Shown here one piece after another: positions 46,494 to 58,208 of a stretch of DNA of 64,000 nt. The stretch spans positions 15,695-79,694 of the forward strand of contig CAIWZS010000039.1 of assembly GCA_903917235.1 (NCBI GenBank). Reading direction: 5' to 3'. The notes under the pieces were generated by a model that made no database searches, was not told where the DNA came from, and was given only the letters and a program-made list of their open reading frames with translations. A program made the position numbers and the translations under genes. Every line of letters begins with the position of its first letter. Positions within the stretch are counted from its first letter, which is position 1. The DNA comes from an uncultured Planctomycetaceae bacterium. Its GTDB lineage: Bacteria > Planctomycetota > Planctomycetia > Pirellulales > UBA1268.

Positions 46494-48242
46494 ATGACCG
46501 ACCCTGAGTCGACCGAGGCTCGCGACGAGTCCTCGCATGAGCCGCCGAGCGAGGCATCCTCCGCTGCCGCGTCGGCCGACGCTGCGCACACGGCACGACG
46601 CCGCATCGCGATCGGCACGCAGCGCCCCGGCGTGAAGCCACCGTCGCTCGGGACGAACTACCGATACGTCGGCGGGGTGGACCAGAGCCCCGGCGGACCG
46701 TCTGTCGGTCCGCTGCCGGTCGATTCCTCTGCACCACGGCCGGACGAACGCCGTGCGGACGCCGGTGCCCTCGCGGCGGCCACGCCGCTCGACTCGGTTT
46801 CCTCGGGCGATGCCGGCCACCAGGCGACACCCGGCAACGCTTCAACAGCAGTCCACGCCGCCCCGCACGCACCGGGGGGAAGAGGCGGTCGCGGTGACGG
46901 CCGCCGCCGCGGCCGGGATGCCGCCGCTCGTTCAACGCCCGCCGACGTCCTGCCGCCGGCCAAACGCGTCGCCGTGCCCAGTACGCGTGGCGACCTCGAT
47001 GACGACCTGGAGGCCGACTACGAGGCGGCTCTCGCCGGACTCGAGGTGGATCGCCTGCTCGCAGCGACCGGCGACCGTCGCGACGAGGCACCGATCGAGC
47101 CGGGCACGCGGCTCACGGGCACCGTCCTGTCGATCGGTGGAGATACCGCCTTCATCGACCTCGGCGGTCGGCGTCAGGGCGCTCTCAAGCTGACCGGCTG
47201 GCTCGAGGAGGGACGTGAGATCCCCGAGGTCGGCCAGTCGCTCGACGTCGCCGTCGGCGGCCGCAACCCGGAGGACAACCTCTACGACGTCGCCCCGGCG
47301 AATCGGGCCGTCGCCGTCGAGAACTGGTCGCAGCTCGAGGCGGGCATGGTCGTCGCCGCCCGGGTCACGGCCGCCAACAAGGGCGGTCTCGAGTGCGACG
47401 TCGGCGGTCTCCGCGGCTTCATGCCGGCGAGCCTGGTGAGCACGTGGCGGATCGAGAACCTCGAGGAGCTCGTCGGACAGACGCTCGAGGCGCTCGTCAC
47501 GGAACTGGTGCCCGCGGCACGGCGGCTCGTGCTCTCGCGGCGTGCCGTCATCGAACGGCAGGCGGCCGACGCACGGGCGAAGCTGCTGGAATCGCTCGAG
47601 CCCGGGACGGTGCTCGAGGGGATCGTGCGGAGCGTGCGGGACTTCGGCGCGTTCGTCGACATCGGTGACGGAGTCGAAGGGCTCGTGCACGTGAGCGACC
47701 TGTCGTGGGAACGGGTGACCACGCCGACCGACATCCTCAAGGCGGGCGAGAAGATCCGCGTCGTCGTCAAGAAGGTCGACCGGCAGACCGGAAAGATCGG
47801 CCTCTCCGCCAAGGATCTCGTCGAGAGCCCGTGGCGGCGGGCGGAGGAGAAGTACCACCTCGGCACGATCGTGCGCGGCACCGTCAGTCGCATCGCCCAG
47901 TTCGGCGCCTTCGTGCGGCTCGAGCCGGGAATCGAAGGCCTCGTGCACGTGTCGGAACTCGCCACGCGTCATGTGCGCGCCGTGACCGATGTCGTGCGGG
48001 AGGGGGAGCAGGTCGAATGTCGCGTGCTCGCGGTCGATCCGGAAGGCCAGCGCATGTCGCTCTCGATCAAGGCGCTCGCGCCCGTCCCGGCGGCCGTGGG
48101 CGGGGCACCGGCGGGAGATGCCTCCGGGTCGGACGACGACGCGGCGGCCGCCCCGCCACCGCCGCCGAAGAAGCGCGCGACACCGCTCAAGGGCGGCCTC
48201 GGCGGATCCGACGCGGGGTCGCGGTTCGGACTCAGGTGGTGA
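46494..48242 (+). CDS. rpsA: 30S ribosomal protein S1 (four S1 domains) with a low-complexity N-terminal extension
   Basis: Repeated S1 modules are present (G.V....DFGAFVDIG..VEGLVHVSDLSW; GTVSRIAQFGAFVRLEPGIEGLVHVSEL). About 200 aa at the N-terminus are low-complexity. Confidence 0.85.
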   Translation: MTDPESTEARDESSHEPPSEASSAAASADAAHTARRRIAIGTQRPGVKPPSLGTNYRYVGGVDQSPGGPSVGPLPVDSSAPRPDERRADAGALAAATPLDSVSSGDAGHQATPGNASTAVHAAPHAPGGRGGRGDGRRRGRDAAARSTPADVLPPAKRVAVPSTRGDLDDDLEADYEAALAGLEVDRLLAATGDRRDEAPIEPGTRLTGTVLSIGGDTAFIDLGGRRQGALKLTGWLEEGREIPEVGQSLDVAVGGRNPEDNLYDVAPANRAVAVENWSQLEAGMVVAARVTAANKGGLECDVGGLRGFMPASLVSTWRIENLEELVGQTLEALVTELVPAARRLVLSRRAVIERQAADARAKLLESLEPGTVLEGIVRSVRDFGAFVDIGDGVEGLVHVSDLSWERVTTPTDILKAGEKIRVVVKKVDRQTGKIGLSAKDLVESPWRRAEEKYHLGTIVRGTVSRIAQFGAFVRLEPGIEGLVHVSELATRHVRAVTDVVREGEQVECRVLAVDPEGQRMSLSIKALAPVPAAVGGAPAGDASGSDDDAAAAPPPPPKKRATPLKGGLGGSDAGSRFGLRW

Positions 48243-48299
48243 ACAATGCGCCGGTGCGCCTCGGCTGCCTGCCGAGGCGGGCGCGACGTCCCGCCGAAC

Positions 48300-49580
48300 T
48301 CAGACAGGCTCGATCGTCGTCATGCCCATCCAGGGCACGAGCGGCGGCGGCACCCGCACCGACCCGTCGGCCTGCTGGTGATTTTCGAGGATCGCCACGA
48401 TCGCCCGGCTCACGGCGATCGCCGTGCCGTTGAGCGTGTGGACGAAGGATGTGCCCTTCTCCCCGCTCCGCCGATAGCGCAGCCCGAGACGCCGTGACTG
48501 ATAGTCGGTGCAGTTCGACGTGCTCGTGACCTCGCCCCATTCCCCGGCGGTCCCGCGACCCGGCATCCACGCCTCGAGGTCGAACTTGCGGTAGGCGGGC
48601 CCGCCGAGGTCGCCCGACGCGGTGTCGATGACGCGGTACGGGATCTCGAGGCCGTCGAAGAGGCGGCACTCGAGATCGAGCAGATGGGCGTGCATCGCCT
48701 CGCTCTCCTCCGGCAGCGTGAAGGCGAACATCTCGATCTTCGTGAACTGGTGGACCCGGTACAGGCCTCGGGTCGCCCGACCGTGCGCCCCGGCCTCCGT
48801 GCGGAAGCAGTGACTGATGCCGCCGAGCTTGAGGGGGAGTTCGTCGGCGGCGAAGATCCGCTCGTGATGGGCGCCGCCGAGCGTGATCTCGGCCGTGGCC
48901 ACGAGCGAGAGGTCGCTGTCGGCGATCGAATAGATCTGCGTCTCGGGACCGCGCGGCATGAATCCGGTGCCCTCGAGGATGGTGTCGCGCGCAAGGTCGG
49001 GCGTCGCCATGAGCGTGAAGCCCTCCCGGGCGAGCAGATCGATCGCGTAGCGCTGCAGGGCGAGCTCGAGAAGGACGCCAGCATTGGTGAGGAAGTAGAA
49101 GCCGTGGCCCGCCACACGGGCACCGGCCTCGAAGTCGAACAGCCTCAGCCGCTCGCCGATTTCCACATGGTCGCGCGGCGCGAATTCGAAGGTCCGCCGG
49201 TGCGTCGCCCCCTGCCTGATCTCCACGGCCGCGTCCTCACCCCCTTCCGGGGCATCCGGGTGCGTGAGGTTGGGAATCATCTTGAGGATGGCATCCCCCT
49301 CGGACACCACGGCTGCGGACTCGGCCTCCAGGGACCCGATGCGCTCGCGGAGCCGCCGGCCCTCGGCCTTGCGTGCCTCCCGCTCCGCGTGATCGGCCGC
49401 CTGGCCGATCGACCGGCTCACCTCGCCCGCCGCCCGATTGAGGCCGTCGATCTCGGCCTGCAGCTGGCGGCGGCGGAGGTCGAGCTCCGCGAACCGCGTG
49501 ACGTCCGCGTCGGCACCACGACGACGGCAGTTGGCAGCGACGACCTCGACGTTTTCAGCGACATAGCGGCGATCGAGCAC
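48300..49580 (-). CDS. serS: serine--tRNA ligase
   Basis: 426 aa with an N-terminal coiled-coil arm. Class II motifs present (FRTEAG..GRATRGLYRVHQFTKIEMF; GTAIAVSRAIVAILEN). Confidence 0.95.
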   Translation of the reverse strand: MLDRRYVAENVEVVAANCRRRGADADVTRFAELDLRRRQLQAEIDGLNRAAGEVSRSIGQAADHAEREARKAEGRRLRERIGSLEAESAAVVSEGDAILKMIPNLTHPDAPEGGEDAAVEIRQGATHRRTFEFAPRDHVEIGERLRLFDFEAGARVAGHGFYFLTNAGVLLELALQRYAIDLLAREGFTLMATPDLARDTILEGTGFMPRGPETQIYSIADSDLSLVATAEITLGGAHHERIFAADELPLKLGGISHCFRTEAGAHGRATRGLYRVHQFTKIEMFAFTLPEESEAMHAHLLDLECRLFDGLEIPYRVIDTASGDLGGPAYRKFDLEAWMPGRGTAGEWGEVTSTSNCTDYQSRRLGLRYRRSGEKGTSFVHTLNGTAIAVSRAIVAILENHQQADGSVRVPPPLVPWMGMTTIEPV

Positions 49581-49702
49581 GGCAGACTCCGGAGGAACGG
49601 GAACGTGAACCCCGACACGCTGGGAGGAGGGTGCCGCGACGCGCGGCCCTGATCGGTGTAGGATGCGGAGGTCGGGATTCGCACGCGGAGTGTGCCAGAG
49701 CG

Positions 49703-50080
49703 ATGTCCGATTCCGCCAGTGCCACCGTCGAGGTCCAGACCGACCCGCCCGCGGATGCCACGGCCCGGTCGCAGCCGACGCCGGCCCGCTCGACCGGTTC
49801 CAAGCCCAAGCGACAGCCTCGCTACCACGTCGTGCTCTGGAACGACGACGACCACACCTACGAGTATGTGATCGCGATGCTCCGACGGCTCTTTGGCATC
49901 GAGCCGGAGAAGGGATTTCGGATCGCGGAGGAGGTGGACCAGAGCGGTCGCGCCGTCGTGCTCACGACCACACGGGAGCACGCCGAACTGAAGCGCGACC
50001 AGATCCACGCCTTCGGTGCCGACCGACTGCTCGCGCGCTCGAAGGGGTCGATGAGCGCCTCGATCGAGCCGGAGGCGTGA
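49703..50080 (+). CDS. clpS: ATP-dependent Clp protease adaptor ClpS
   Basis: Track ORF trimmed to the ATG at 49703. The core YHVVLWNDDDHTYEYVIAMLRRLF...AVVLTTTREHAELK is the ClpS fold signature. Confidence 0.88.
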   Translation: MSDSASATVEVQTDPPADATARSQPTPARSTGSKPKRQPRYHVVLWNDDDHTYEYVIAMLRRLFGIEPEKGFRIAEEVDQSGRAVVLTTTREHAELKRDQIHAFGADRLLARSKGSMSASIEPEA

Positions 50081-50163
50081 CGCGGTCGGATGCGGCCCGC
50101 CTCGCGGCAATCGACCACGGGGCGATCACGAACCGGCCCGACCGCGTCCGAACTGCCCGCGTG

Positions 50164-50616
50164 TCACGGCAGTTCGAGCGTGACCTCCCCGCCCTCGCTC
50201 GCGATGTCACAGCGGAGCCCGCCCGCCAGGGTGCTGAATCGCGCGTCGATGCGCGGCGGCCGCGTGGCGGTCTCACCCTGCGCCGGCCGTTCCTCGAGCG
50301 TGTCGGCGAGGATCACCGTATGTCCGCCGACGACGGCCCCCGCCCCGCCCTCGGTCGTCTTCAACTGGAAGCGCCCGGACGCGTCGGTCACGGCAAACGA
50401 GGTTGGCCGCACCTCGCCCGGCAGCGGATCGGGGAGAAACTGCACCGAGACGTCCGCAGCCGGCTCACCGCCGATCAGGACGATGCCGCCGGCAGGCACC
50501 AACCTGGCCACGGGTGGACCACATCCAACCGCACCGGTCCATACGATCGCGATGGCCATGACCAGGGCCACGAGGCGATCAGCCCGCTCGACGCACGATG
50601 CGTGGTCAGTTGCCAT
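50164..50616 (-). CDS. lipoprotein with a carboxypeptidase-regulatory-like beta-sandwich domain
   Basis: Lipobox (WTGAVGCG). Pattern [17 protein letters not shown]...[10 protein letters not shown]. This is the usual small partner found downstream of DUF1559 genes. It overlaps the upstream gene's end by 11 nt. Confidence 0.65.
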   Translation of the reverse strand: MATDHASCVERADRLVALVMAIAIVWTGAVGCGPPVARLVPAGGIVLIGGEPAADVSVQFLPDPLPGEVRPTSFAVTDASGRFQLKTTEGGAGAVVGGHTVILADTLEERPAQGETATRPPRIDARFSTLAGGLRCDIASEGGEVTLELP

Positions 50617-51649
50617 CGATCACTCCGCCGTCGGCCCGCGTGCACAGGAGCGAGAGGGTCGACTGTGGCAGCGTGTTCGCGAGGAAGCGCACACTGCCAT
50701 CGCTCATCACGACGCTGGCACCGCCGGGATGCAGGCTGCCGATCGCGCTGAGTCGTTGGTCCTGGAACAGGAACCACCCGCTCTGGGAGCCGGGCGCACC
50801 AGGACCGCCATGCCGGAATGGAGTGGTGTAATTGATCGGCGCGAAGGCCCCGCACAGCAGGTTGCCGAGCCCGTTGTCCCCACCCGCCGGATACCATCTC
50901 GACCACGTGCTGATGGTGCTTCCCGAGTTCCACCCAGCCGTCGTGAAGGTGTTGAAGTTGGGGTCGTAGTGCGAGCCCTCGCCAAAGAGGATGGTCTTGC
51001 TGAGCCCGTCGCTCACCTGCGACATCCGCACCTTGACGCCCGCCGGCGCGGAACTCGCCTTGCGGGCCTGCGATCCTGTGGCCATGAACATGCCGTCGTT
51101 CGTGGACGAGGTGGCGAAAAACGGCCTGCTGCCACCGTTCGCCCGGTAGCTCGTCACGCCGTAGTGTTCGGTGCCGCTCGGTGCGCTGTAGGGATGCGGG
51201 TTGCCCTCCGGGAATTGATCGGAGGGGCAGACGAACGTCGTCACGGCGGCCGCGGCCCTCGCGCCGGGCACGGCGCTGATGTTGTCCCTCGGAACGGCGC
51301 TGCTCATCGTGCCGTGCAGACTGCCCGCCTCGATGAACTGGAGCAGAAAGTAGAAGACGGAGTGACCCTGAAAGGTTCCGTTGATCCGCTCCTGGGTGTA
51401 GCCGGACGGAAACTCCCGCTGCGCGTCGTGGTGGGACAGGGCGGCCAGCCCGATCTGGCGGATGTTGTTCTGGCATGAACTGCGGCGTGCCGCCTCGCGA
51501 GCGCTCTGCACCGCCGGCAGGAGCAGGCCGATGAGAACCGCGATGATCGCGATGACGACGAGGAGTTCGACGAGCGTGAACGCATGCCGTCGCGATGCAC
51601 GAGCGCCGGACGCGATCCGTCGGAGAGGGAGGCTACCGGACATCGTCAT
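50606..51649 (-). CDS. DUF1559 domain protein with a prepilin-type N-terminal cleavage/methylation domain
   Basis: [48 protein letters not shown] is the textbook Planctomycete DUF1559 N-terminus. Confidence 0.92.
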   Translation of the reverse strand: MTMSGSLPLRRIASGARASRRHAFTLVELLVVIAIIAVLIGLLLPAVQSAREAARRSSCQNNIRQIGLAALSHHDAQREFPSGYTQERINGTFQGHSVFYFLLQFIEAGSLHGTMSSAVPRDNISAVPGARAAAAVTTFVCPSDQFPEGNPHPYSAPSGTEHYGVTSYRANGGSRPFFATSSTNDGMFMATGSQARKASSAPAGVKVRMSQVSDGLSKTILFGEGSHYDPNFNTFTTAGWNSGSTISTWSRWYPAGGDNGLGNLLCGAFAPINYTTPFRHGGPGAPGSQSGWFLFQDQRLSAIGSLHPGGASVVMSDGSVRFLANTLPQSTLSLLCTRADGGVIDGN

Positions 51650-51717
51650 GGCCGCGTCTCCGGGAAAAGAGATCGGGCGGCGGGAAGGTGGGCCGCGATC
51701 GATTTCCGGATCGTAAG

Positions 51718-51781
51718 CCGCTCATGTGAGCGGACGGTGAGCGATTCGTGAGGAGCGCATGAGCGACTCGCGAGCGCGCCC
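51718..51781. repeat. 16-bp palindrome followed by five TGAGCG-type motifs at an exact 11-nt period
   Basis: CCGCTCAtgTGAGCGG lies at 51718-51733. TGAGCG/TGAGGA/CGAGCG motifs start at 51727, 51738, 51749, 51760 and 51771. The array lies 70-130 nt upstream of the DUF1559 start. Confidence 0.7.
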
Positions 51782-51837
51782 GCGTTCCGAGCGGGTGCAC
51801 GGAGGCCCCGCATCGCTCGACCCCATCCTGACCGCGC

Positions 51838-54096
51838 TCAATCCGCGGCCGGAAGGCCCTGGTGGAAGCCGTCCCGCAGCCCGCGGATCGCCTCGAGGTC
51901 GACGCCGTCCGGCTCGCGCTCCAGAAACCAGTCGAGCGCGGCGATGGCGGCGGCGCGACGGCCGGTCTCGTACCGAACGACCGCCAGCAGGCCGCGGTCC
52001 GCCGTGTCGTCGGGATCGAGCGCGACGAGCGCCTCGAGATACCGGAGCATCGCCTCCCGATCCTTCTCGCCGCGAGCCACGCCGAGCAGATTGCGCAGCA
52101 CCCGCTGGATGATCGCCCGCGGCGACACCGGCAGCAGGTGGGCCTCCTTCAGCGGTTCGCCGGTGATCGACTGCACCTTCGCGGCGGCCTCGTCGCGCGT
52201 GAGCGCCGTGCCCCCCTCGAAGACGTCGATCAGTCGCGCCTCTCCGGAGGCTGGCACGTGTCGCACGACGAAGTGTCCCGGCAGGCCGACCCCCTCGATC
52301 GCCACGCCGAGGCGCCGACCCAGTTCCATGTAGAGAATCGCGAGCGTGATCGGCAGCCCCTCGCGGTCGTCGATGACGCGGCTCACGTGGCTGTTGGCGC
52401 GGTGGTAATACTCCGACCGGCTCCCGTGGAAACCGTTCTCCGCGAACAGGTGGCGGTCGATCGCCTCGCGTCGAGCGACCTCGTCCGCGTCGACAGGAAG
52501 CGTGCGGCGGACATCCTCGGCCATCCGATCGACGCGGGCGACGTAGTCCTCGACATCGAGCTCGTCGTCGTCGAGCCGCGCCACCTCCAGTGCCGCGCGC
52601 AGGAGATCGGCACCCTCCCCCTCCTCCACCGCGGCCACGATCGCCGGGATGACGGCTGCCGTGTGCACATCGGCCGCCACGAGCCGGAGCTCACCGACCC
52701 TCGCCTCGAGGTCGTCCGCACGCTCCCGCAGCATGGCCGCGACCGGCTCCGTCTCGGCCGCCAGCACCGCCACGTCCGACTCCGTCAGGCTGGCGAGCGA
52801 CGGCAGACGGTCGAAGGCGGTCTGCAGACGCGCCTCGGCATCGGCTCCGGGCCGCCCCTCCGCGAGCGATGCGGCGACGCGGAAGCGGCGGAACTCGGCC
52901 TCGGTGTCACGAAACTTCGCGATCCCCACGCGTCCCGGTGGAAGCCGGGCGTCGGCCACGACGGTGACGACATCGCCGTTGCACGAACAGACGAATCGTC
53001 CCTGCTCCACACGGACCGTCAGGGTGTTCCAGTCACCCGGCCGATACCGGGCCGCCGACAGCTCCCGGAGAACCGACCAGTCATTCACCGTCGCGCCCTC
53101 GAAGCGGGACACCCGGAGCCGGCCGCCCGACGGATAGAAGCCGTAGTGACGGTCGGCTCCGTCGGCGTGAAAAACCAGACCGGCCGCGCCCCGCTCGTCG
53201 TCGAGCCGAACCTCGACGGTCGCCTCGTAGGGAAGACCCGGCGGCTCCGCGACCGCGAGGCAGAGGGAGCGCCCGCCGAACCCGTCGCCCTCGCCACTGA
53301 CGGCGATCCTCCCTCCACGTTGCTGCCAGCGTGCGCCGAAGAGCGTCGTCCACCGCGTCGGATCGAGGGTCCCGAGCGTCAACCACCGCGAGATCGGAAT
53401 CGGATTGGGGCGCTCGAGGAGCGTCCGCAGCGAGTCGACGCCCACGGCGAAGCCGAGGTTCCGGGTGACGAGTGACTTGATCGTCACCACGCCGACCACG
53501 CGTCCCTCCGGATCGACCACGGGGCCGCCGCTGTTGCCCGGCTCGATCGGCATCGCCAGCTGGATCATCTCGCGCCCCTCCACGTCCCGGGTGCCCGAGA
53601 CCACGCCGCTGACGACACTGAAGGTCAGGCCGAGCGGATTCCCAACCGTCACGATCGGCAACCCGTCAGGGAGGTCGGCCGAGCTGCCGAGGGCCAGCGG
53701 GACGAGGGGCCGTGCGGGAGGCTCGATCCGCAGGATCGCCAGGTCGAGCGTGCGGTCCGAGGCGGTCACCTCGACCACCCGATGACGCGATCCGTCCGCG
53801 AGCGCGACCTCGAGCGGCCGGCCCTCGCCGGCGACGTGAAGGTTCGTCGCGATGAGTCCTGCGGCATCGATCACGAAGCCCGTGCCGAGTCCCTGTCGTC
53901 CGCCGTCCCTCCCCTCGTGGGTCACCACCACGACCGACCCGCGCACCCGCTTCGCGAGATCCGGCACGCGGGTCGTGTCCGTCGTCCCCGCCACCACCCC
54001 GCTCGCGGCCTCGGCGGCGGGCGGATCGGCTCGTGATCGATCGACACCCGCAGTCACGGCGGCCGCGAGCATCGCCAGCGTCTTCGTGAACCCCAT
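51838..54096 (-). CDS. trypsin-like serine protease (S1C) + DUF1080/LamG-like domain + SirB1-type transglutaminase-like/TPR domain
   Basis: The catalytic triad contexts are TNLHVAG, DLAILRI and GNSGGPVV. The middle domain ends GRVGIAKFRDTEAEFRRFRV. The C-terminal LPITLAILYMELGRRLGVAIEGVGLPGHFVVR is SirB1-like. I chose the ATG at 54096. In-frame ATGs at 54144 and 54192 are alternatives. Confidence 0.8.
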   Translation of the reverse strand: MGFTKTLAMLAAAVTAGVDRSRADPPAAEAASGVVAGTTDTTRVPDLAKRVRGSVVVVTHEGRDGGRQGLGTGFVIDAAGLIATNLHVAGEGRPLEVALADGSRHRVVEVTASDRTLDLAILRIEPPARPLVPLALGSSADLPDGLPIVTVGNPLGLTFSVVSGVVSGTRDVEGREMIQLAMPIEPGNSGGPVVDPEGRVVGVVTIKSLVTRNLGFAVGVDSLRTLLERPNPIPISRWLTLGTLDPTRWTTLFGARWQQRGGRIAVSGEGDGFGGRSLCLAVAEPPGLPYEATVEVRLDDERGAAGLVFHADGADRHYGFYPSGGRLRVSRFEGATVNDWSVLRELSAARYRPGDWNTLTVRVEQGRFVCSCNGDVVTVVADARLPPGRVGIAKFRDTEAEFRRFRVAASLAEGRPGADAEARLQTAFDRLPSLASLTESDVAVLAAETEPVAAMLRERADDLEARVGELRLVAADVHTAAVIPAIVAAVEEGEGADLLRAALEVARLDDDELDVEDYVARVDRMAEDVRRTLPVDADEVARREAIDRHLFAENGFHGSRSEYYHRANSHVSRVIDDREGLPITLAILYMELGRRLGVAIEGVGLPGHFVVRHVPASGEARLIDVFEGGTALTRDEAAAKVQSITGEPLKEAHLLPVSPRAIIQRVLRNLLGVARGEKDREAMLRYLEALVALDPDDTADRGLLAVVRYETGRRAAAIAALDWFLEREPDGVDLEAIRGLRDGFHQGLPAAD

Positions 54097-54400
54097 GCCG
54101 ACGGTGGGCGATCGGTGTTCGCGGCTTCTGATCATGATGCACATGGCGGCTCCCTCGCGGGTGAACGATCCTCGTGGCTTGGATTGTCGCACGGCGGACG
54201 ATGCCGGGAAAACCGTGCGTCCCCCGGACGGTCATCCTGGTCGGACGCCCAGACGCACGATTCCCCGGCTGCCGAGCTCGTCCGGTCGCTCCGCGCGTGA
54301 GTGGGAGCCCGGGGTCGCGGATGCACATGCCGCACGCACCACTCCCGCGTCCGTTCCGGGAGGGCCACGCGCGATGTATCCTGTCCGGGGGAGTGTGCCG

Positions 54401-56782
54401 ATGGGCTCGTCATCGTTTCGCCGACGCTGCCGCATGCAGCAGGTCGTCGTCCTGGCGGGATGGGGGGCGATCATGCCCGCGATCCCCGACGCATCCGCCG
54501 CCGATGGTGTGGATTCCGCCGCCGTCGAACACTTCGAGCGGAGGATTCGCCCGCTACTGCACCGGCACTGCTACGAGTGTCACTCGGGGGACGCGAAGGT
54601 CGTCCAGGGCGGCCTGCGGCTCGATCGTCGCGACCTGCTGCTCGCCGGAGGAGACAGCGGGCCCGCCGTGACCCCGGGCCACCCGGGGGAAAGCCCGTTG
54701 GTGGCGTCCCTCATGCACGCGGGCGACGGCCTCGACATGCCGCCGCAGGGCCGACTGCCGCAGGCCGACATCGACCTCATCGTCGACTGGGTCGCGCGGG
54801 GGGCGCCGATGCCCGCCGACGGAGCGGCAGACACGGCCCGCACGCAGCCCGACATCGAATCGAGCCGGGGCTTCTGGTCATTCCTGCCCCTCGCGTCCCC
54901 GCCGGTGCCACGGATCGACGACCCATGGGTCACGAGTCCCATCGATGCATTCGTGCTCGCCGCCCTGCGCGAAAGCAATCTCGCCCCGGCACCGGAGGCC
55001 GATCGAGGCACGCTCCTGCGACGCCTGTCGTTCGACCTCGTCGGCCTCCCGCCCACGCCGGAGGAGATGGAGGCTTTCGTCTCCGATCCATCCCCGCGGG
55101 CATTCGACGCCGCCGTCGAGCGACTGCTGGCGTCGCCCCATTTCGGGGAGCGACAGGCCCGCATGTGGCTCGATCTCGCGCGCTACGCCGACACCACCGA
55201 GTCGTGGCTCGGCAGCACCGCCGGCGCGTGGCATTACCGCGACTGGGTCGTGCGGGCATTCAACGACGACATGCCCTACGACCAGTTCGTGCGTCGCCAG
55301 CTCGCCACCGATCACCTCGCGGAGACCGGCCCCGGCGATCGTGCCGCCCTCGGGTTCCTCGGTCTGTCACCGACCTATTTCAAGGAACTGCAGCTGCCGC
55401 CGGACATCATCAGGGTCATCGTCGCGGACGAGTGGGAGGAGCGGGTCGATGCGGTGGGACGGACGTTCCTCGGGCTCTCGCTCGCCTGTGCGCGGTGCCA
55501 CGACCACAAGTTCGATCCGGTGACCCAGGAGGACTACTACGGGCTCGCGGGCGTCTTCGCGAGCACCCGCATGATCGACCGTCCGATGATTCCCGACGAG
55601 GACTACGCGCCCGTCGCCGCCGCGAAGGCGGAGGTGGCCGCGCTCGAGGAGGATCTGAAGAAGGCGCGGAAGGAGAAGCCCGCTCCCACCGAGACCATCC
55701 AGGCGCTCGAGGTGAAGATCGCCGCCATCAGGACGTCGACGCCGCTGTACGACACGCCACTGGTGGGCGCCGTCGTCGACGAGGCCCTGGAGGTGGTTCT
55801 CGCCGGGGACGACCCGCAGTCGGGCACGAAGCTCGCCTGGCGGCCCGGCGCGCAGGACCTGCCCGTGCACGTTCGCGGCAATCCGAATCGGCCGGGCCGC
55901 GTCGTTCCCCGGCGATTCCTCGCGGTCCTGTCACGCGGTGCGCCGCGGCCGCTCTCCACCGGGAGCGGGCGGGCCGAGCTCGCCGCCGCGATCGTCGACG
56001 AGGCCGCGCCCCTGGCGGCACGCGTGATCGTCAATCGGGTCTGGCTCGGCCACTTCGGTCGCGGCCTCGTCGAGACGCCGAGCAACTTCGGCCTCCTGGG
56101 GGCGCCCCCGTCGCATCCTGCGCTGCTCGAGCACCTGGCGGCGGGTTTCGTGGAGCACGGCTGGTCGCTCAAGTGGCTGCACCGGCAGATCGTCACCTCC
56201 TCCACGTGGCGGCAGGCGAGCCGCTTCGACCCGGCCGCCGCCCGCATCGATCCCGACAACCGGCTCCTCTGGCGCATGAATCGTCGTCGGCTCGAGATCG
56301 AGCCATGGCGTGACGCGATGCTCGCCGTCACCGGTGAGCTCGACCTCGCGGTCGGAGGCCCCTCGTGCGCCGCCGATGACCCGACCAACCTGCGCCGCAC
56401 GATCTACGCCACGGTGCACCGCCGCGAGCCGGCGACGATGCTCCTGCTGCACGACTTTCCGGACCCGGGGCTTCACGCGGAGCGCAGGCTCGAGACCACG
56501 ACACCGCTCCAGGGACTCTTCACGCTCAACAGTCCGTTCCTCTCGGCCCGTGCCACGGCCCTGGCGGCACGACTCGCCCGCGAGGCGCCGGACGCGGGCG
56601 TCGCTCGCCTGCACCGCGCCCACCGGCTGCTCTTCGGTCGGCCCGCGCGGGATGACGAGGTCTTCACTGCGGCCGAGTTTCTGACGGCGGCGCGGCTCGA
56701 CGGCGGCGACGCCGCGGCCGATCCGTGGGTCGCGTTATGCCACGCCCTCCTGGGAAGCAACGAGTTTCTGTTCGTGGACTGA
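54401..56782 (+). CDS. PSCyt1/DUF1549/DUF1553 (PSD1) domain protein
   Basis: Track ORF 53852.. trimmed to the ATG at 54401. It has a signal-like N-terminus and the Planctomycete cytochrome-C motif HCYECHS. DUF1549-like (FVRRQLA.D) and DUF1553-like (CARCHDHKFDP) blocks are present. Confidence 0.88.
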   Translation: MGSSSFRRRCRMQQVVVLAGWGAIMPAIPDASAADGVDSAAVEHFERRIRPLLHRHCYECHSGDAKVVQGGLRLDRRDLLLAGGDSGPAVTPGHPGESPLVASLMHAGDGLDMPPQGRLPQADIDLIVDWVARGAPMPADGAADTARTQPDIESSRGFWSFLPLASPPVPRIDDPWVTSPIDAFVLAALRESNLAPAPEADRGTLLRRLSFDLVGLPPTPEEMEAFVSDPSPRAFDAAVERLLASPHFGERQARMWLDLARYADTTESWLGSTAGAWHYRDWVVRAFNDDMPYDQFVRRQLATDHLAETGPGDRAALGFLGLSPTYFKELQLPPDIIRVIVADEWEERVDAVGRTFLGLSLACARCHDHKFDPVTQEDYYGLAGVFASTRMIDRPMIPDEDYAPVAAAKAEVAALEEDLKKARKEKPAPTETIQALEVKIAAIRTSTPLYDTPLVGAVVDEALEVVLAGDDPQSGTKLAWRPGAQDLPVHVRGNPNRPGRVVPRRFLAVLSRGAPRPLSTGSGRAELAAAIVDEAAPLAARVIVNRVWLGHFGRGLVETPSNFGLLGAPPSHPALLEHLAAGFVEHGWSLKWLHRQIVTSSTWRQASRFDPAAARIDPDNRLLWRMNRRRLEIEPWRDAMLAVTGELDLAVGGPSCAADDPTNLRRTIYATVHRREPATMLLLHDFPDPGLHAERRLETTTPLQGLFTLNSPFLSARATALAARLAREAPDAGVARLHRAHRLLFGRPARDDEVFTAAEFLTAARLDGGDAAADPWVALCHALLGSNEFLFVD

Positions 56783-56792
56783 GGAGTTCGCC

Positions 56793-58208
<1,416 letters not shown>

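Noticed and set aside
48257-48279. Hairpin CGCCTCGG-ctgcctg-CCGAGGCG between convergent rpsA and serS, as a possible terminator
   Set aside because: The stem is plausible, but neither side has a U-tract. I did not list it as a feature because support is weak.
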